In this document: positions 10,050 to 19,673 of the stretch, piece by piece
Layout: the number at the start of each line of letters is the position of its first letter
Numbering within the stretch: position 1 is the first letter of the stretch
Source: Bacteriovoracaceae bacterium
GTDB lineage: Bacteria > Bdellovibrionota > Bacteriovoracia > Bacteriovoracales > Bacteriovoracaceae
Reading direction: 5' to 3'
DNA length: 64,000 bases
Assembly (NCBI GenBank): GCA_048270185.1
Contig: JBLWTJ010000002.1
Span: forward strand, 160,001 to 224,000
Notes under the pieces: generated by a model
Told to the model about the DNA's origin: nothing
Database searches by the model: none
Seen by the model: the letters and a program-made list of their open reading frames with translations, nothing else
Made by a program: the position numbers and the translations under genes

Positions 10050-11012
10050 TTAAAAGCCTTCTTTTAAAAGATCGTGCATACGAATAAAGCCTTTAAAACT
10101 ATCTTCATCCACAACAGGAAGAACATAGACCTTATTTTCCATAACCTTCAATGCATCGATTGCAAGTTCAAATGGTGCAATCATCTTTGGATTCTTTGTC
10201 ATAATCTCAGATAGAGGTTTTTCGAGTGCATTAGTGTCGGCAGCGATTGAGCGGCGAATATCACCTTCAACTAAGATACCTTCAAGCTTATCACCATCAA
10301 GAATTGCAAGAGCACCAAGTGGCTTATTAGTCATTGCAAGAACTGCATCTTTTAATAATTTATCTTTTGAAAGACTTGGACAATCGGAAGCGGCCCACAT
10401 TAAGTCTTGTACTTTCATTGTAAGGGACTTACCAAGCTTTCCACCTGGGTGGTTGATGGCAAAGCCTTCTCTTGATAGGCCAACAAATTTTTCGTATGCA
10501 ACAGCAATAGCGTCCCCCATGGCAAGAGCAACTGTTGAAGATGTTGTTGGAGCAAGGTCATTAATACAAGCTTCTCTTTCAACTGAGCAATCAAAAGCAA
10601 TTCCAGACTCGTTTGCAATGGCCTTTGTCATATCACCAACAAGAGCAATACGATTTTCTTTTTTGATTCTTAGAAATGGAAGAAGTTTAATTATCTCTGA
10701 AGTCGTTCCTGATTTTGAAAGAAATATGATGGCATCGTTTTCACTTGTGCGACCGAGATCACCGTGAAGTGCTTCTGTCGGATGTAGAAAAATTGAACGG
10801 AGACCTAGAGATGAAAAAGTAGAAGAAAGTTTTTCACCGATTAATCCTGATTTACCAACTCCACAAAGTACCATCTGACCATTATGAGTATGAAGGTATT
10901 CAAATACTCCAGTGAGCTTATTGCACATTTCTTCGTCTAGTAAACCAATAACTCGGTTGATCGAATCTGCTTCTAGTTTTAAAACTTCTTTCATTTGACT
11001 AAAATGGTCCAT
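10050..11012 (-). CDS. kdsD: Arabinose-5-phosphate isomerase (KpsF/GutQ; SIS + CBS)
   Basis: GVGKSG, HPTEALHGDLG, APTTSST, HPGGKLG, CBS pair. Confidence 0.92.
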   Translation of the reverse strand: MDHFSQMKEVLKLEADSINRVIGLLDEEMCNKLTGVFEYLHTHNGQMVLCGVGKSGLIGEKLSSTFSSLGLRSIFLHPTEALHGDLGRTSENDAIIFLSKSGTTSEIIKLLPFLRIKKENRIALVGDMTKAIANESGIAFDCSVEREACINDLAPTTSSTVALAMGDAIAVAYEKFVGLSREGFAINHPGGKLGKSLTMKVQDLMWAASDCPSLSKDKLLKDAVLAMTNKPLGALAILDGDKLEGILVEGDIRRSIAADTNALEKPLSEIMTKNPKMIAPFELAIDALKVMENKVYVLPVVDEDSFKGFIRMHDLLKEGF

Positions 11013-11078
11013 TATAACCTCGAAATATGTGCAAAATTTCTTTCTCGATAGAGTGTATGACTATGTTATTATAAATAT

Positions 11079-11597
11079 ATGAAAATGTTAAAAATAATCA
11101 TCTTATTTTCTCTACTTTTTAGTTGTAGTTCGTATGAACAATTTGAGCAATTAGTCGAGGAATCTGAAATTCCAGCAAAAACCTATAAATCAAATTTTAA
11201 CCAAACGTGGCAGGCCGTTCTTGAGATCATGCAACAATATGATATTTCAGTAAAGAATCAAGAAGCTGGAGTTGTTAAAACGCGCTGGATTAATAATACC
11301 AATCAAATCAATTTCTCTGATGCCTTTGGATCAAAAGAAATGGTAAAAGCAGCTCAATTTAAATTAGTTATCAATGTAATTAAGGGATTTCGCGGAAAAC
11401 AGGAAGTTTCTAAAGTATCAATTTACCGAAGACAGATGATTGAAAAAGACTTCCTTCAGGGTTGGCGAGTTGTTCGCTCAGATGGAATCTTAGAAAAAAC
11501 AATCCTCTATCGAATTGAGCGAATTCTTAAACGTGAAAATATGATTAAGAAAATCGAAGAGCAAAAAGCGAAAGAAGCGGAGAAAGAGTTATTCTAG
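11079..11597 (+). CDS. Lipoprotein, BamC/NlpB-like fold
   Basis: Lipobox LFSC; TWQAV...GVVKTRW pattern. Confidence 0.5.
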   Translation: MKMLKIIILFSLLFSCSSYEQFEQLVEESEIPAKTYKSNFNQTWQAVLEIMQQYDISVKNQEAGVVKTRWINNTNQINFSDAFGSKEMVKAAQFKLVINVIKGFRGKQEVSKVSIYRRQMIEKDFLQGWRVVRSDGILEKTILYRIERILKRENMIKKIEEQKAKEAEKELF

Positions 11598-14500
11598 TGA
11601 ATAACGCTTTCTTCCTCTAAGTCTTTTGATACGATTATCATTTCTTCTTCAATAACTTCACTATCTTCAACAACTTCAGATCTTCTTAAAATCTTACGAC
11701 TAAAGAAAACCATAAAGTCTCTTTGAATAAGAAGCATACATGGAAGTACAACTAGTGTTAGAGCTGTTGCAAATAGAAGCCCCCACCCCATACTCATGGC
11801 AAGTGACTTTGTAAATCCAGCATCTCCACCAATAGCGTAGGCCATTGGAAAAACACCACCAAGAGTTGTAATACTTGTTAAAATAATTGCTCTTAGGCGA
11901 CTTGCCGCTCCTTCAATTATTTCAGGACGGTGAAAACTAAACCAATCCTTTCTTCTTTCATTAATAGTAACAACTAGAAGTAAACTATCATTTACAACAA
12001 CTCCGGCCATCCCAATTATTCCTATAATGGCCATTAGACTGATATCGAGTCCTTGGAAGTAGAACGCCCAAATAACTCCAATGACACCAAATGGAATAGC
12101 TGCACAGATTAGAATTGGCTGCATCACACTTCTTAGAACAACAGCAAGTACGAAGAAAATACCAAGTAGCGCAAAGGCAAACTTCTTGGCCATGGAAGTC
12201 TTATTCTTTCGAGACTGCTCATCTGCATCTTGAGCATTAAAAGTTAAATCAGGATACTTCTTTGAAAGCTCCTCAGATATTTTCTCGACTTTCTTAATTA
12301 GTTCTTCTTTCTTAATAACTTCTTTATCAAATGGTAGATCAACAACAACACGTCTCATGAGATTTGAGTGTTTTATTGTTGATTGACGCTTTTCTTTTAC
12401 CCAATCACCTATTTGACCTGTTTTAATTTTATTACCGTTGGCCAGTACAATCGGAAGATTGACTAAATCATTAAACTCAAGATTTTCACCATCTTCAACA
12501 TAAGTGTAGAACTTAATTTTACGACTCCCAACAGTGTACTCATAAACTTCATTCTTCTTAATATATTGAACAAGCTGATTTGAAACTTGTGCCATCGTAA
12601 GACCGTGAGATTGAATCGCATCCTTTCTAGGAACAAATACCCATGCATCTTTAAATAATGAGTCATCAAGGTCAACAGATTTGATTCCTTTAATATTTAA
12701 ATCTTCAATTGTCTTCTTCGTATCTTTTGTCACTTTTTCAACATTAAACGGAGAAAGAGAACGAATTGTCACTTCCACAAGGTTTTCACGATTTTCATCA
12801 TTACCACCCTTTGCAACCTTAACCTCAAGACGTTCAAAGAGGTCAGTCTTTTTTAATTCTTCTAATTTTTCATTTAAGTAATCTTGAACTTCTTTCTTAT
12901 TAACCTCTACATTATCATCTAGTTGAGAGAATGAAATTCTGTAAGAAAAGTACTGCGGACCAGTTTGTTCTTTACCATTTGTATAATTTTGGCCAATCGT
13001 AAATTGATAATTCTTATATTTTGACTTATCAATTCCATTAACAATTTCTTCAACGCCTGCTAGCTTAGCATAAGTATCCTCTAGGCCCTTTGACTCTTTA
13101 AGTTCTCCGATAAACTTCACAGACTCAGCAGAAATATTTAAGTTAAAGTTGAAATTCATTTTCTTACTTGCAAAGATAAGTGAGCCAACCATAATCACGA
13201 CAAAAGAAGCAAGAACGATATAGCGAAACTTAAGAATAATATCTAACAGTTTCATGTAGCCTCTTTTAAAGCGTTGAAAGTAATTTGATTCGTGGTGTGA
13301 ATCAGTTTTCTTTACAAAGTGCTGTAAGTGATTTGGAAGAATAAAGAAACTTTCAAATAGACTTAACAGTAGTGCAGCAAAGACAACAACAGGTATGGCC
13401 ATCAGGATACTCGACATTGAGTCACGGCCAACAAGAATTGGAGTGAAAGCAATGAGAGTTGTGGCCACTGTTCCACAAATTGGTTTCCAAGTCGCAAGAA
13501 CTGCTTGTAAAGCTGACTCTCGCGGAGTCAATCCTGCTTCAAGATTTTGCATATATTGTTCAGAAATAATAATGGCATCATCAACAAGTATTCCGATAAC
13601 AAGAAGCATCCCGACAACAGATATTAAATCAATTGAAATTCCAAATCCTTCAAGAACCGTGAATGTAAAGAAGTACGCTAGAGGCATCCCAAATGAAGTC
13701 ATAAGAGATGCTTTAAAGCCTAGAAATAGAAATAATGTGATAAGAACAAGTGCTATTCCCATTAAGGCATTTGATTTTAAAGCATTGATCTGACGCTCAA
13801 TAAATGCCGGACCATCTTCAACACTTAGGATTTCAATACCTTCAGGAGTCTTTGCATTCAGTTCGACCACTTGCTTTTCAAGAACTTCTTTTAAATGGAT
13901 TGAATCAGCTTCATTATCTTTAAATACATTAAAGCCAATAGACTTCTTACCATTCGTATAAGAAATAGTTGTCTGCTTAGGAAGGCGAAGCTCAACTGTA
14001 GCAATATCTTTTAACCTTAGAGTATGACTAGAATTATTTGAACGAATTAGAATATTCTTTAGAGCTTCAATATCATAAGTATGGTTTTCAACTTCAACAG
14101 AAAATGTGTCGCTTCCCTTTGTGATACTACCTAGAGGATAGATTTTAAAAGTATCAGTGATTTTTGAATAAATATCATAAGGTGCAATACGGTAGCGTGC
14201 TAATTTCTCTTCATCTAATTTGATATAGAGATTTTTAACAGCATTATAAGTATCAACCTGGGCCACTCCATTAATGCGCTCAAGAACTTCCTTGGCCCTT
14301 AGCATCCAACTTTGATGCTCGTCATTACTTTCTTCAAAATTTAATACAGCGTAATAATTAAACCAAGACTGCGTTTGTTTAATGTGACGAACAACAATAT
14401 CATCAGTTTCGCTTGGTAGGTCCCCACGTATATTTTCAATCTGATCCTTCATGCTTGATACTAAATCTGCTATTTCATCAAATTCATCTTTCAGATCAAC

Positions 14501-14779
14501 ATCAATTCTCATATATCCTTGTTGAGAGCGAGAGCGAATCTTATCAATTCCAGCATTCCCCTTAATGGCACGCTCAACAGGGTAAGTCAGAAAACGCTCA
14601 ACCTGAGCCGGTCCTGCCCCTGTTAGCGATGCGGTGATTTGAATTCTCTTTGAACTCCAACCAGAGATGAGGTCTCTTTTCATGTGTGATAGTGAAATGA
14701 TCCCAAAGATGATCATCATGACACTTAACATGTTTACGAGAAAACTATTGTCGATAAAGTAACTAGCAAGCTTCTTCAA
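11594..14779 (-). CDS. RND-family (AcrB/AcrD/AcrF-like) transporter
   Basis: 1061 aa, two large periplasmic loops, GILVDDAIII, GVVVNDS and RLRAIILTSITT motifs. Confidence 0.92.
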   Translation of the reverse strand: MKKLASYFIDNSFLVNMLSVMMIIFGIISLSHMKRDLISGWSSKRIQITASLTGAGPAQVERFLTYPVERAIKGNAGIDKIRSRSQQGYMRIDVDLKDEFDEIADLVSSMKDQIENIRGDLPSETDDIVVRHIKQTQSWFNYYAVLNFEESNDEHQSWMLRAKEVLERINGVAQVDTYNAVKNLYIKLDEEKLARYRIAPYDIYSKITDTFKIYPLGSITKGSDTFSVEVENHTYDIEALKNILIRSNNSSHTLRLKDIATVELRLPKQTTISYTNGKKSIGFNVFKDNEADSIHLKEVLEKQVVELNAKTPEGIEILSVEDGPAFIERQINALKSNALMGIALVLITLFLFLGFKASLMTSFGMPLAYFFTFTVLEGFGISIDLISVVGMLLVIGILVDDAIIISEQYMQNLEAGLTPRESALQAVLATWKPICGTVATTLIAFTPILVGRDSMSSILMAIPVVVFAALLLSLFESFFILPNHLQHFVKKTDSHHESNYFQRFKRGYMKLLDIILKFRYIVLASFVVIMVGSLIFASKKMNFNFNLNISAESVKFIGELKESKGLEDTYAKLAGVEEIVNGIDKSKYKNYQFTIGQNYTNGKEQTGPQYFSYRISFSQLDDNVEVNKKEVQDYLNEKLEELKKTDLFERLEVKVAKGGNDENRENLVEVTIRSLSPFNVEKVTKDTKKTIEDLNIKGIKSVDLDDSLFKDAWVFVPRKDAIQSHGLTMAQVSNQLVQYIKKNEVYEYTVGSRKIKFYTYVEDGENLEFNDLVNLPIVLANGNKIKTGQIGDWVKEKRQSTIKHSNLMRRVVVDLPFDKEVIKKEELIKKVEKISEELSKKYPDLTFNAQDADEQSRKNKTSMAKKFAFALLGIFFVLAVVLRSVMQPILICAAIPFGVIGVIWAFYFQGLDISLMAIIGIIGMAGVVVNDSLLLVVTINERRKDWFSFHRPEIIEGAASRLRAIILTSITTLGGVFPMAYAIGGDAGFTKSLAMSMGWGLLFATALTLVVLPCMLLIQRDFMVFFSRKILRRSEVVEDSEVIEEEMIIVSKDLEEESVIH

Positions 14780-14897
14780 AACTACGGTCCTTATTTATTA
14801 ATTTGAAAACAGTAGCTTATATCACTAGAAACTTAAATTATTGAATACTTTGGTACTTACCTGTTGAATTTACACGAGATAAGTACCTAGAATTGCG

Positions 14898-15692
14898 TTA
14901 GTACGCCATGATGTAAGTCACCCATGACTCACAATTTTCTTCTTTTGTTGAACGGTAGAAGACACCATCTCCTGAGCCATCTTCATCTTCACCTTCCCAA
15001 AAAGTGATGATATTTTCGAAACCTGCATCTTTCATAATATCTTTAATCTCACCTACCGACCAATGTCTCCAGTTATAAGAGAAGGCTTCACGATATAATT
15101 TATCATCGTGGTGAGTTCTGAAGTGGATATAGTATTGAACTTCTTCTGTTAATGGATTGTAGCTATCGCAATCCCAGTAGTAAGTATGATCGTCGTGTTC
15201 AGTCTCTTCCTCTAATTCTTGGCGACATTCTTCTCCACCAAAAATATCAACCATGAAGACACCTTCTTTACCCATATTCTCTTTTACTTTTTTAAAATAC
15301 TCTAGAAGAACATTTCTTTCTTTAAAGATGAAGTATGAGAAGTTAAAAGCAACAGTTACATCGGCCTTGAAATCGTAATTATCTAGAACGTTTCCACGGA
15401 TATAGTGCATACGAGTTTTTTCTTCATCATTTAAGCGAGAGTAGTGATTTTCGATTCCGTATGCTTGTGGTTCTTCATCAAGGTCAATCCCCCATGCTTC
15501 ACGCTCAGGTCCTTCTTTAACCCAGTCACATGCCATGGCAGCAGTTCCACCGAAATCTTCACGAAGAGTTCTAGGTTTACGGCCAAAAATCTTCTTGTAT
15601 TCCTTATTAATAAATTCAATATCTGCTTCGTGGTTTTGAACAGACTTTTCATAAAGTTCATACTTTAGCTTCGTTGGAATCTTAGACATCAA
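14898..15692 (-). CDS. Class I SAM-dependent methyltransferase
   Basis: LREDFGGTA motif I-like, GIDLD, AFNFSY, GVFMVDIFGG. Confidence 0.8.
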   Translation of the reverse strand: MMSKIPTKLKYELYEKSVQNHEADIEFINKEYKKIFGRKPRTLREDFGGTAAMACDWVKEGPEREAWGIDLDEEPQAYGIENHYSRLNDEEKTRMHYIRGNVLDNYDFKADVTVAFNFSYFIFKERNVLLEYFKKVKENMGKEGVFMVDIFGGEECRQELEEETEHDDHTYYWDCDSYNPLTEEVQYYIHFRTHHDDKLYREAFSYNWRHWSVGEIKDIMKDAGFENIITFWEGEDEDGSGDGVFYRSTKEENCESWVTYIMAY

Positions 15693-15717
15693 TTACTCTT
15701 TTGTTATTTATATTATT

Positions 15718-16092
15718 TTATTTATAAGACTTAACTTCTTTAATCCCAGAATTGTAACTCATATTGATTGAATTTTTAACCTTAAATCTCAAATCATTTG
15801 TCACATAAACGCTACGGGCCAGTGCGATAAAATCATCACCAAAATCTTGGGCCTTTTCGAGGAGACGAATATCATCTTCTATAACCCATAATTTCTCATT
15901 AATCTTTTTAAGCTCGCCCTGAAAGCTCTCGATTCCATCAAGCTTTAAGGAATCAAGCTTTGCTTTGAGATGCTCAAATTCACTGCGTGCTAATTCAACA
16001 CGAGCTTGATCCTCAATTCTCTCCATCTTTATTTCTAGAATTGTAATCTTATCAACTAGCTCTCCTAGAGAGACAGGACATTCAATGATCAT
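15718..16092 (-). CDS. DUF6165 family protein
   Basis: PVSLGELVDKITILEIK, LWVIEDDIR, ARSVYVTND.R, EVKSY. Confidence 0.75.
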   Translation of the reverse strand: MIIECPVSLGELVDKITILEIKMERIEDQARVELARSEFEHLKAKLDSLKLDGIESFQGELKKINEKLWVIEDDIRLLEKAQDFGDDFIALARSVYVTNDLRFKVKNSINMSYNSGIKEVKSYK

Positions 16093-16093
16093 T

Positions 16094-16585
16094 TCACACC
16101 TCGATATCAATATATTTAATTTTTAAAATCGTATACTCAAAATCATCATTTGGGGCCTGAACAATAATTTCATCTCCCTCTTCTTTTCCAAGAAGCGATC
16201 TGGCCACTGGAGACTTCCAACTAATAAGGCCACGGGAAGTATTCACTTCATCAACACCAACGATGGAGTAAGTTTTCTCCATCCCCTCTTCATCTTCTAA
16301 GATGACTGTCGCTCCAAATTGGACTTTATCGCTTGTAATACTGCTGGGATCAATAATTTGAGCAGCATTAATACGGGTATTTAGAAAGCGAAGTCTTCGA
16401 TCAATTTCTCGCATTCGCTTCTTTCCGTATTGATAGTCTGCATTCTCTGAGCGGTCTCCAAGGGAAGCGGCCCACTTAACTGTTTCAGTAATTTCAGGGC
16501 GCTCAACTTTTGTTAGATGCTCATGCTCATCGACTAATTTCTGATAGCCTTTGGGCGTTATATAATTATCTTTTTTAATGGCCAT
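16094..16585 (-). CDS. greB: Transcription elongation factor GreB
   Basis: NYITPKG, WAASLGDRSENADYQYGKKRMREIDRRLRFL, ISWKSPVAR. Confidence 0.95.
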   Translation of the reverse strand: MAIKKDNYITPKGYQKLVDEHEHLTKVERPEITETVKWAASLGDRSENADYQYGKKRMREIDRRLRFLNTRINAAQIIDPSSITSDKVQFGATVILEDEEGMEKTYSIVGVDEVNTSRGLISWKSPVARSLLGKEEGDEIIVQAPNDDFEYTILKIKYIDIEV

Positions 16586-17042
16586 ACTTCTTTAAAATCC
16601 CTGCGACACCATTTTCAACGATATCTAAAACCTCTTCAAATCCTCTGGCTCCACCATAGTATGGATCAGGTACTTCTTCTAGGCTTGCATATTCAGCTGA
16701 ACAATAGTCACAAAATAATTCAACTTTAGTGCGGTACTTACCTGCAGGATCAAGTTTTAAGATATTCTTATAATTAGATTTATCCATGGCAAGAATCAAA
16801 TCAAAGTTTTCAAAGTCAGAAGCTCTAAAACCTCGAGAAATACTCGAAAGTAGATAACCACGACGAAAAGCATGTTCACGCATTCTCTTATCCGCAGGCT
16901 CTCCAGCATGGTAGGCACTTGTCCCCGCAGAGTCGACAATGAATTGATCTTCAAGGTTCTTCTCTTTAATAATATGTGCAAGTACACCATCCGCGGCAGG
17001 TGAACGACATATATTTCCAAGACAAACAAATAAGATTCTCAT
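16575..17042 (-). CDS. Low molecular weight protein-tyrosine phosphatase
   Basis: VCLGNICRS and VPDPYYG; start reassigned to MRILFV at 17042. Confidence 0.93.
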   Translation of the reverse strand: MRILFVCLGNICRSPAADGVLAHIIKEKNLEDQFIVDSAGTSAYHAGEPADKRMREHAFRRGYLLSSISRGFRASDFENFDLILAMDKSNYKNILKLDPAGKYRTKVELFCDYCSAEYASLEEVPDPYYGGARGFEEVLDIVENGVAGILKKYGH

Positions 17043-17091
17043 AGTAAAATTATGATAGAATCGAGAGTGAAAGTAAATTAAAGGATTTATA

Positions 17092-17604
17092 ATGACGGCA
17101 CAAAGAATTAGAACAATGGGTGATCCCGTATTAAGAGAGATCGCACAGGACTTCACAAAAGAAGAAATCCTAAGTGATGAGACGAAGCAGCTTATTCAAG
17201 ATATGGATGATTCAATGATAGCAGCAGGTGGAATTGGAATTGCGGCTCCACAAATCGGTATTTCAAAGAAAGTGACAATTATCAATGTACCTGAAGAATC
17301 ACGTTATGAGGATGCCGAAGCATCAGGCAGAATGGTTATCTTTAATCCTAAGATAGAATTTCTCACTGAAAATGAAGATGCCTACTGGGAAGGATGCTTA
17401 TCTGTTCCAGGACTTAGAGGAATTGTCTCGCGCCCAAATCATATTCGAGTTAGCTACCTCGATGAAGAGGCCAATGAAGTAGTCATTGAGGCACAAGGTT
17501 TTCTTGCTACTGTTTTTCAACACGAAATCGATCACCTCTATGGGAAACTCTATGTTGACCAAATGGACGATATCAAGAATCTAAAATACGAAGAGAATCT
17601 ATAA
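17092..17604 (+). CDS. def: Peptide deformylase
   Basis: GIGIAAPQIG, EGCLS, QHEIDHL. Confidence 0.96.
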   Translation: MTAQRIRTMGDPVLREIAQDFTKEEILSDETKQLIQDMDDSMIAAGGIGIAAPQIGISKKVTIINVPEESRYEDAEASGRMVIFNPKIEFLTENEDAYWEGCLSVPGLRGIVSRPNHIRVSYLDEEANEVVIEAQGFLATVFQHEIDHLYGKLYVDQMDDIKNLKYEENL

Positions 17605-17645
17605 AAAAAGGCCTAAATCCCGATGGGAAGAAGGCCTATTCTTTT
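17604..17645. terminator. Probable terminator between convergent genes
   Basis: A-run, aggcct...aggcct stem with internal tccc/ggga, T-run. Confidence 0.5.
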
Positions 17646-17684
17646 AAAATACTTGTAATTTAAATTAGACGAAATTCAAAAGAA

Positions 17685-18137
17685 TTACTCTCCAATAATA
17701 CGAGTCATTACTTTAAGAGTTTCTGGAGATAGAGATGACTCATATCTAGACCAGATTTCTTTTGCTTCACTAACAGAAGTATCTCTATCGATTTGAGAAA
17801 CAACTTCTTCAGCAATTAAGTTTGCTTCAGCAATTTCAGAGTTGTAAATTTCAATTTCTTGATCAGTTACACCTTCCATGCTTCCGTAAACTGGACCAAA
17901 TTCTGCAAGACCAGTGTCATCAAGAAGAATTAGTCCTGCTAGACCAATTTTTGCTGCTTTAACCCAGTCTTTTTGCTCACCAGTAAAGATAGCCTTCACT
18001 GAGTAACCAACACCAACTTTCATAGCAATAAGTCCTGTGTAAGCAATGTAGCAGTTACCAGTAAGCATACCAAGTGCTGCAGATGCGTTGAACGATAGAC
18101 CAGATGCTAGAACTAAACTAAGAATAATCTTTTTCAT
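17685..18137 (-). CDS. Secreted/membrane hypothetical protein
   Basis: Signal peptide MKKIILS..ASA; ggagg RBS before the ATG at 18137. Confidence 0.65.
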   Translation of the reverse strand: MKKIILSLVLASGLSFNASAALGMLTGNCYIAYTGLIAMKVGVGYSVKAIFTGEQKDWVKAAKIGLAGLILLDDTGLAEFGPVYGSMEGVTDQEIEIYNSEIAEANLIAEEVVSQIDRDTSVSEAKEIWSRYESSLSPETLKVMTRIIGE

Positions 18138-18317
18138 TTTTTCCTCCATGTTTTTTTGGTTGTAAATAACTCTATCGACTTCATCTCAATTGCAAAACTT
18201 AAATAAAGGTAATTTGTCGAGGACCGTTTAACTTAAAAATCACGGCGTATTTTTAGAAACGATATACTCGGTTAATATCTATCCTATTGTTTTTCCATAG
18301 ATTGGGCCTTTGAAAGT

Positions 18318-18344
18318 TAAGTTTTAAGTAGAGAAATCCGACAA
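18318..18344 (+). promoter_or_regulatory. Candidate sigma-28 promoter
   Basis: TAAGTTTT-N11-TCCGACAA upstream of 18381. Confidence 0.45.
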
Positions 18345-18380
18345 GCTATCTAGGATATTAATAAAAAGAGAGACATTTCT

Positions 18381-19661
18381 ATGAGTGAAAATAAAAAGCA
18401 AAGTATTGTTGCACTTGCATGTGTACTAAGTGTGAATGCCTTTGTTGGATATCAGTTTTTTTCAACAGCTAAATTCGACAAAGTTTGGACAAAAGAGAAA
18501 GTTCATCAACTACGATCTCCAGCATCACAAAAGGTTCCAGGCGAATACAAAGAATATGAAGCTCTCTACCCTATTGAAGATTATGTAATCTATAATGACT
18601 TTGAAGGTAATGTTGATTATAAGATGTCTGTCGACTTCTGGTCAGATAAAGGAATTAGCTACTTTACTAAAAACGGTAAGGAAGCAATTGAAAAAGGGCT
18701 CACAGAAGGCTTTAAGCAACTTATAAAAAAAGGGGCCGATGAAGAAACAACACTTAAGAGCACTGTTCTACCAGAAGTCTTGAAAGAGTTTTTAAATACA
18801 TTTGTTTATACAATTAAAGTACACAAACTCATAGATTCAAACTTTGAATTAGATATCCAATTTACTCCTTACAACAAAGACAGTGTTTCATATCAAGACG
18901 AGCTTCAAACAAATCAGCTTATCAATCTTGAATCACAAGGAAGTCTCTACCAAGCCTACGAAGACCACGATAAGAATTTTGTAAACAAAGTCATGGGTGC
19001 ACAGATACCTGTTTCAAATGAGCACTATCAATATATTGGAGGAGCAATCACACTTGCTTCTGAACTTATCGATACAAACTGGAAAGTGACACAACCTATT
19101 CCAAAACCAAAGAAAAATGGAATTAAAGGCTATCTACGACTTAGAAAATACTATCGAGTGAACTACCCAACTGATTTAAAGATCGACTCGTTTAATTCAA
19201 AGACATTGAATATTACTTCACAAGAATTTAACGCAAAGAATGAAGCGCCACAAGTTGTCACAGTGGATACAATCTATGAATACAACCTTGCTAGCTTAAT
19301 ACCAAAGAAAACAAAGACAGTCGTACATTTTGGAAAAGTTGTTTCTCTCGACAAGAAACACGACAATCTACTTAAAAGATTCTTTAATCTACTTAAAAAG
19401 AAGAACGATATTAAGACATCAGAGTTCACTTTCAAAGGTGACTTCTCAAATGGACCTATTCGTTCAAACTTCACAGGTAAACTCTATAACCTAGTTTATG
19501 ATCACGAAAAGAAGAATTTCTCTAGTAAGAGCCATGTTTCATTATTTCCAAGAGATCATGACATGAGAAGAAACCTTAGCAAGCATTTTAAAAAGACAAT
19601 GTTTGAAGAAAGTCCAGACTTCTTAATCGAAAACCTTAAGCTAAACGAAATTATTAAATAA
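18381..19661 (+). CDS. Hypothetical exported protein
   Basis: N-terminal hydrophobic segment; directly adjacent to the PLD gene. Confidence 0.65.
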   Translation: MSENKKQSIVALACVLSVNAFVGYQFFSTAKFDKVWTKEKVHQLRSPASQKVPGEYKEYEALYPIEDYVIYNDFEGNVDYKMSVDFWSDKGISYFTKNGKEAIEKGLTEGFKQLIKKGADEETTLKSTVLPEVLKEFLNTFVYTIKVHKLIDSNFELDIQFTPYNKDSVSYQDELQTNQLINLESQGSLYQAYEDHDKNFVNKVMGAQIPVSNEHYQYIGGAITLASELIDTNWKVTQPIPKPKKNGIKGYLRLRKYYRVNYPTDLKIDSFNSKTLNITSQEFNAKNEAPQVVTVDTIYEYNLASLIPKKTKTVVHFGKVVSLDKKHDNLLKRFFNLLKKKNDIKTSEFTFKGDFSNGPIRSNFTGKLYNLVYDHEKKNFSSKSHVSLFPRDHDMRRNLSKHFKKTMFEESPDFLIENLKLNEIIK

Positions 19662-19673
19662 TTGGATCATAAT

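Noticed and set aside
10234..10767. 177 aa plus-strand ORF and similar shadow ORFs (e.g. 13395-13793, 53971-54471, 50145-50462)
   Set aside because: Antisense or out-of-frame overlaps of well-supported genes
17043..17156. N-terminal extension of LMW-PTP overlapping def
   Set aside because: The family starts at MRILFVC (17042); the extension is an ORF-caller artefact
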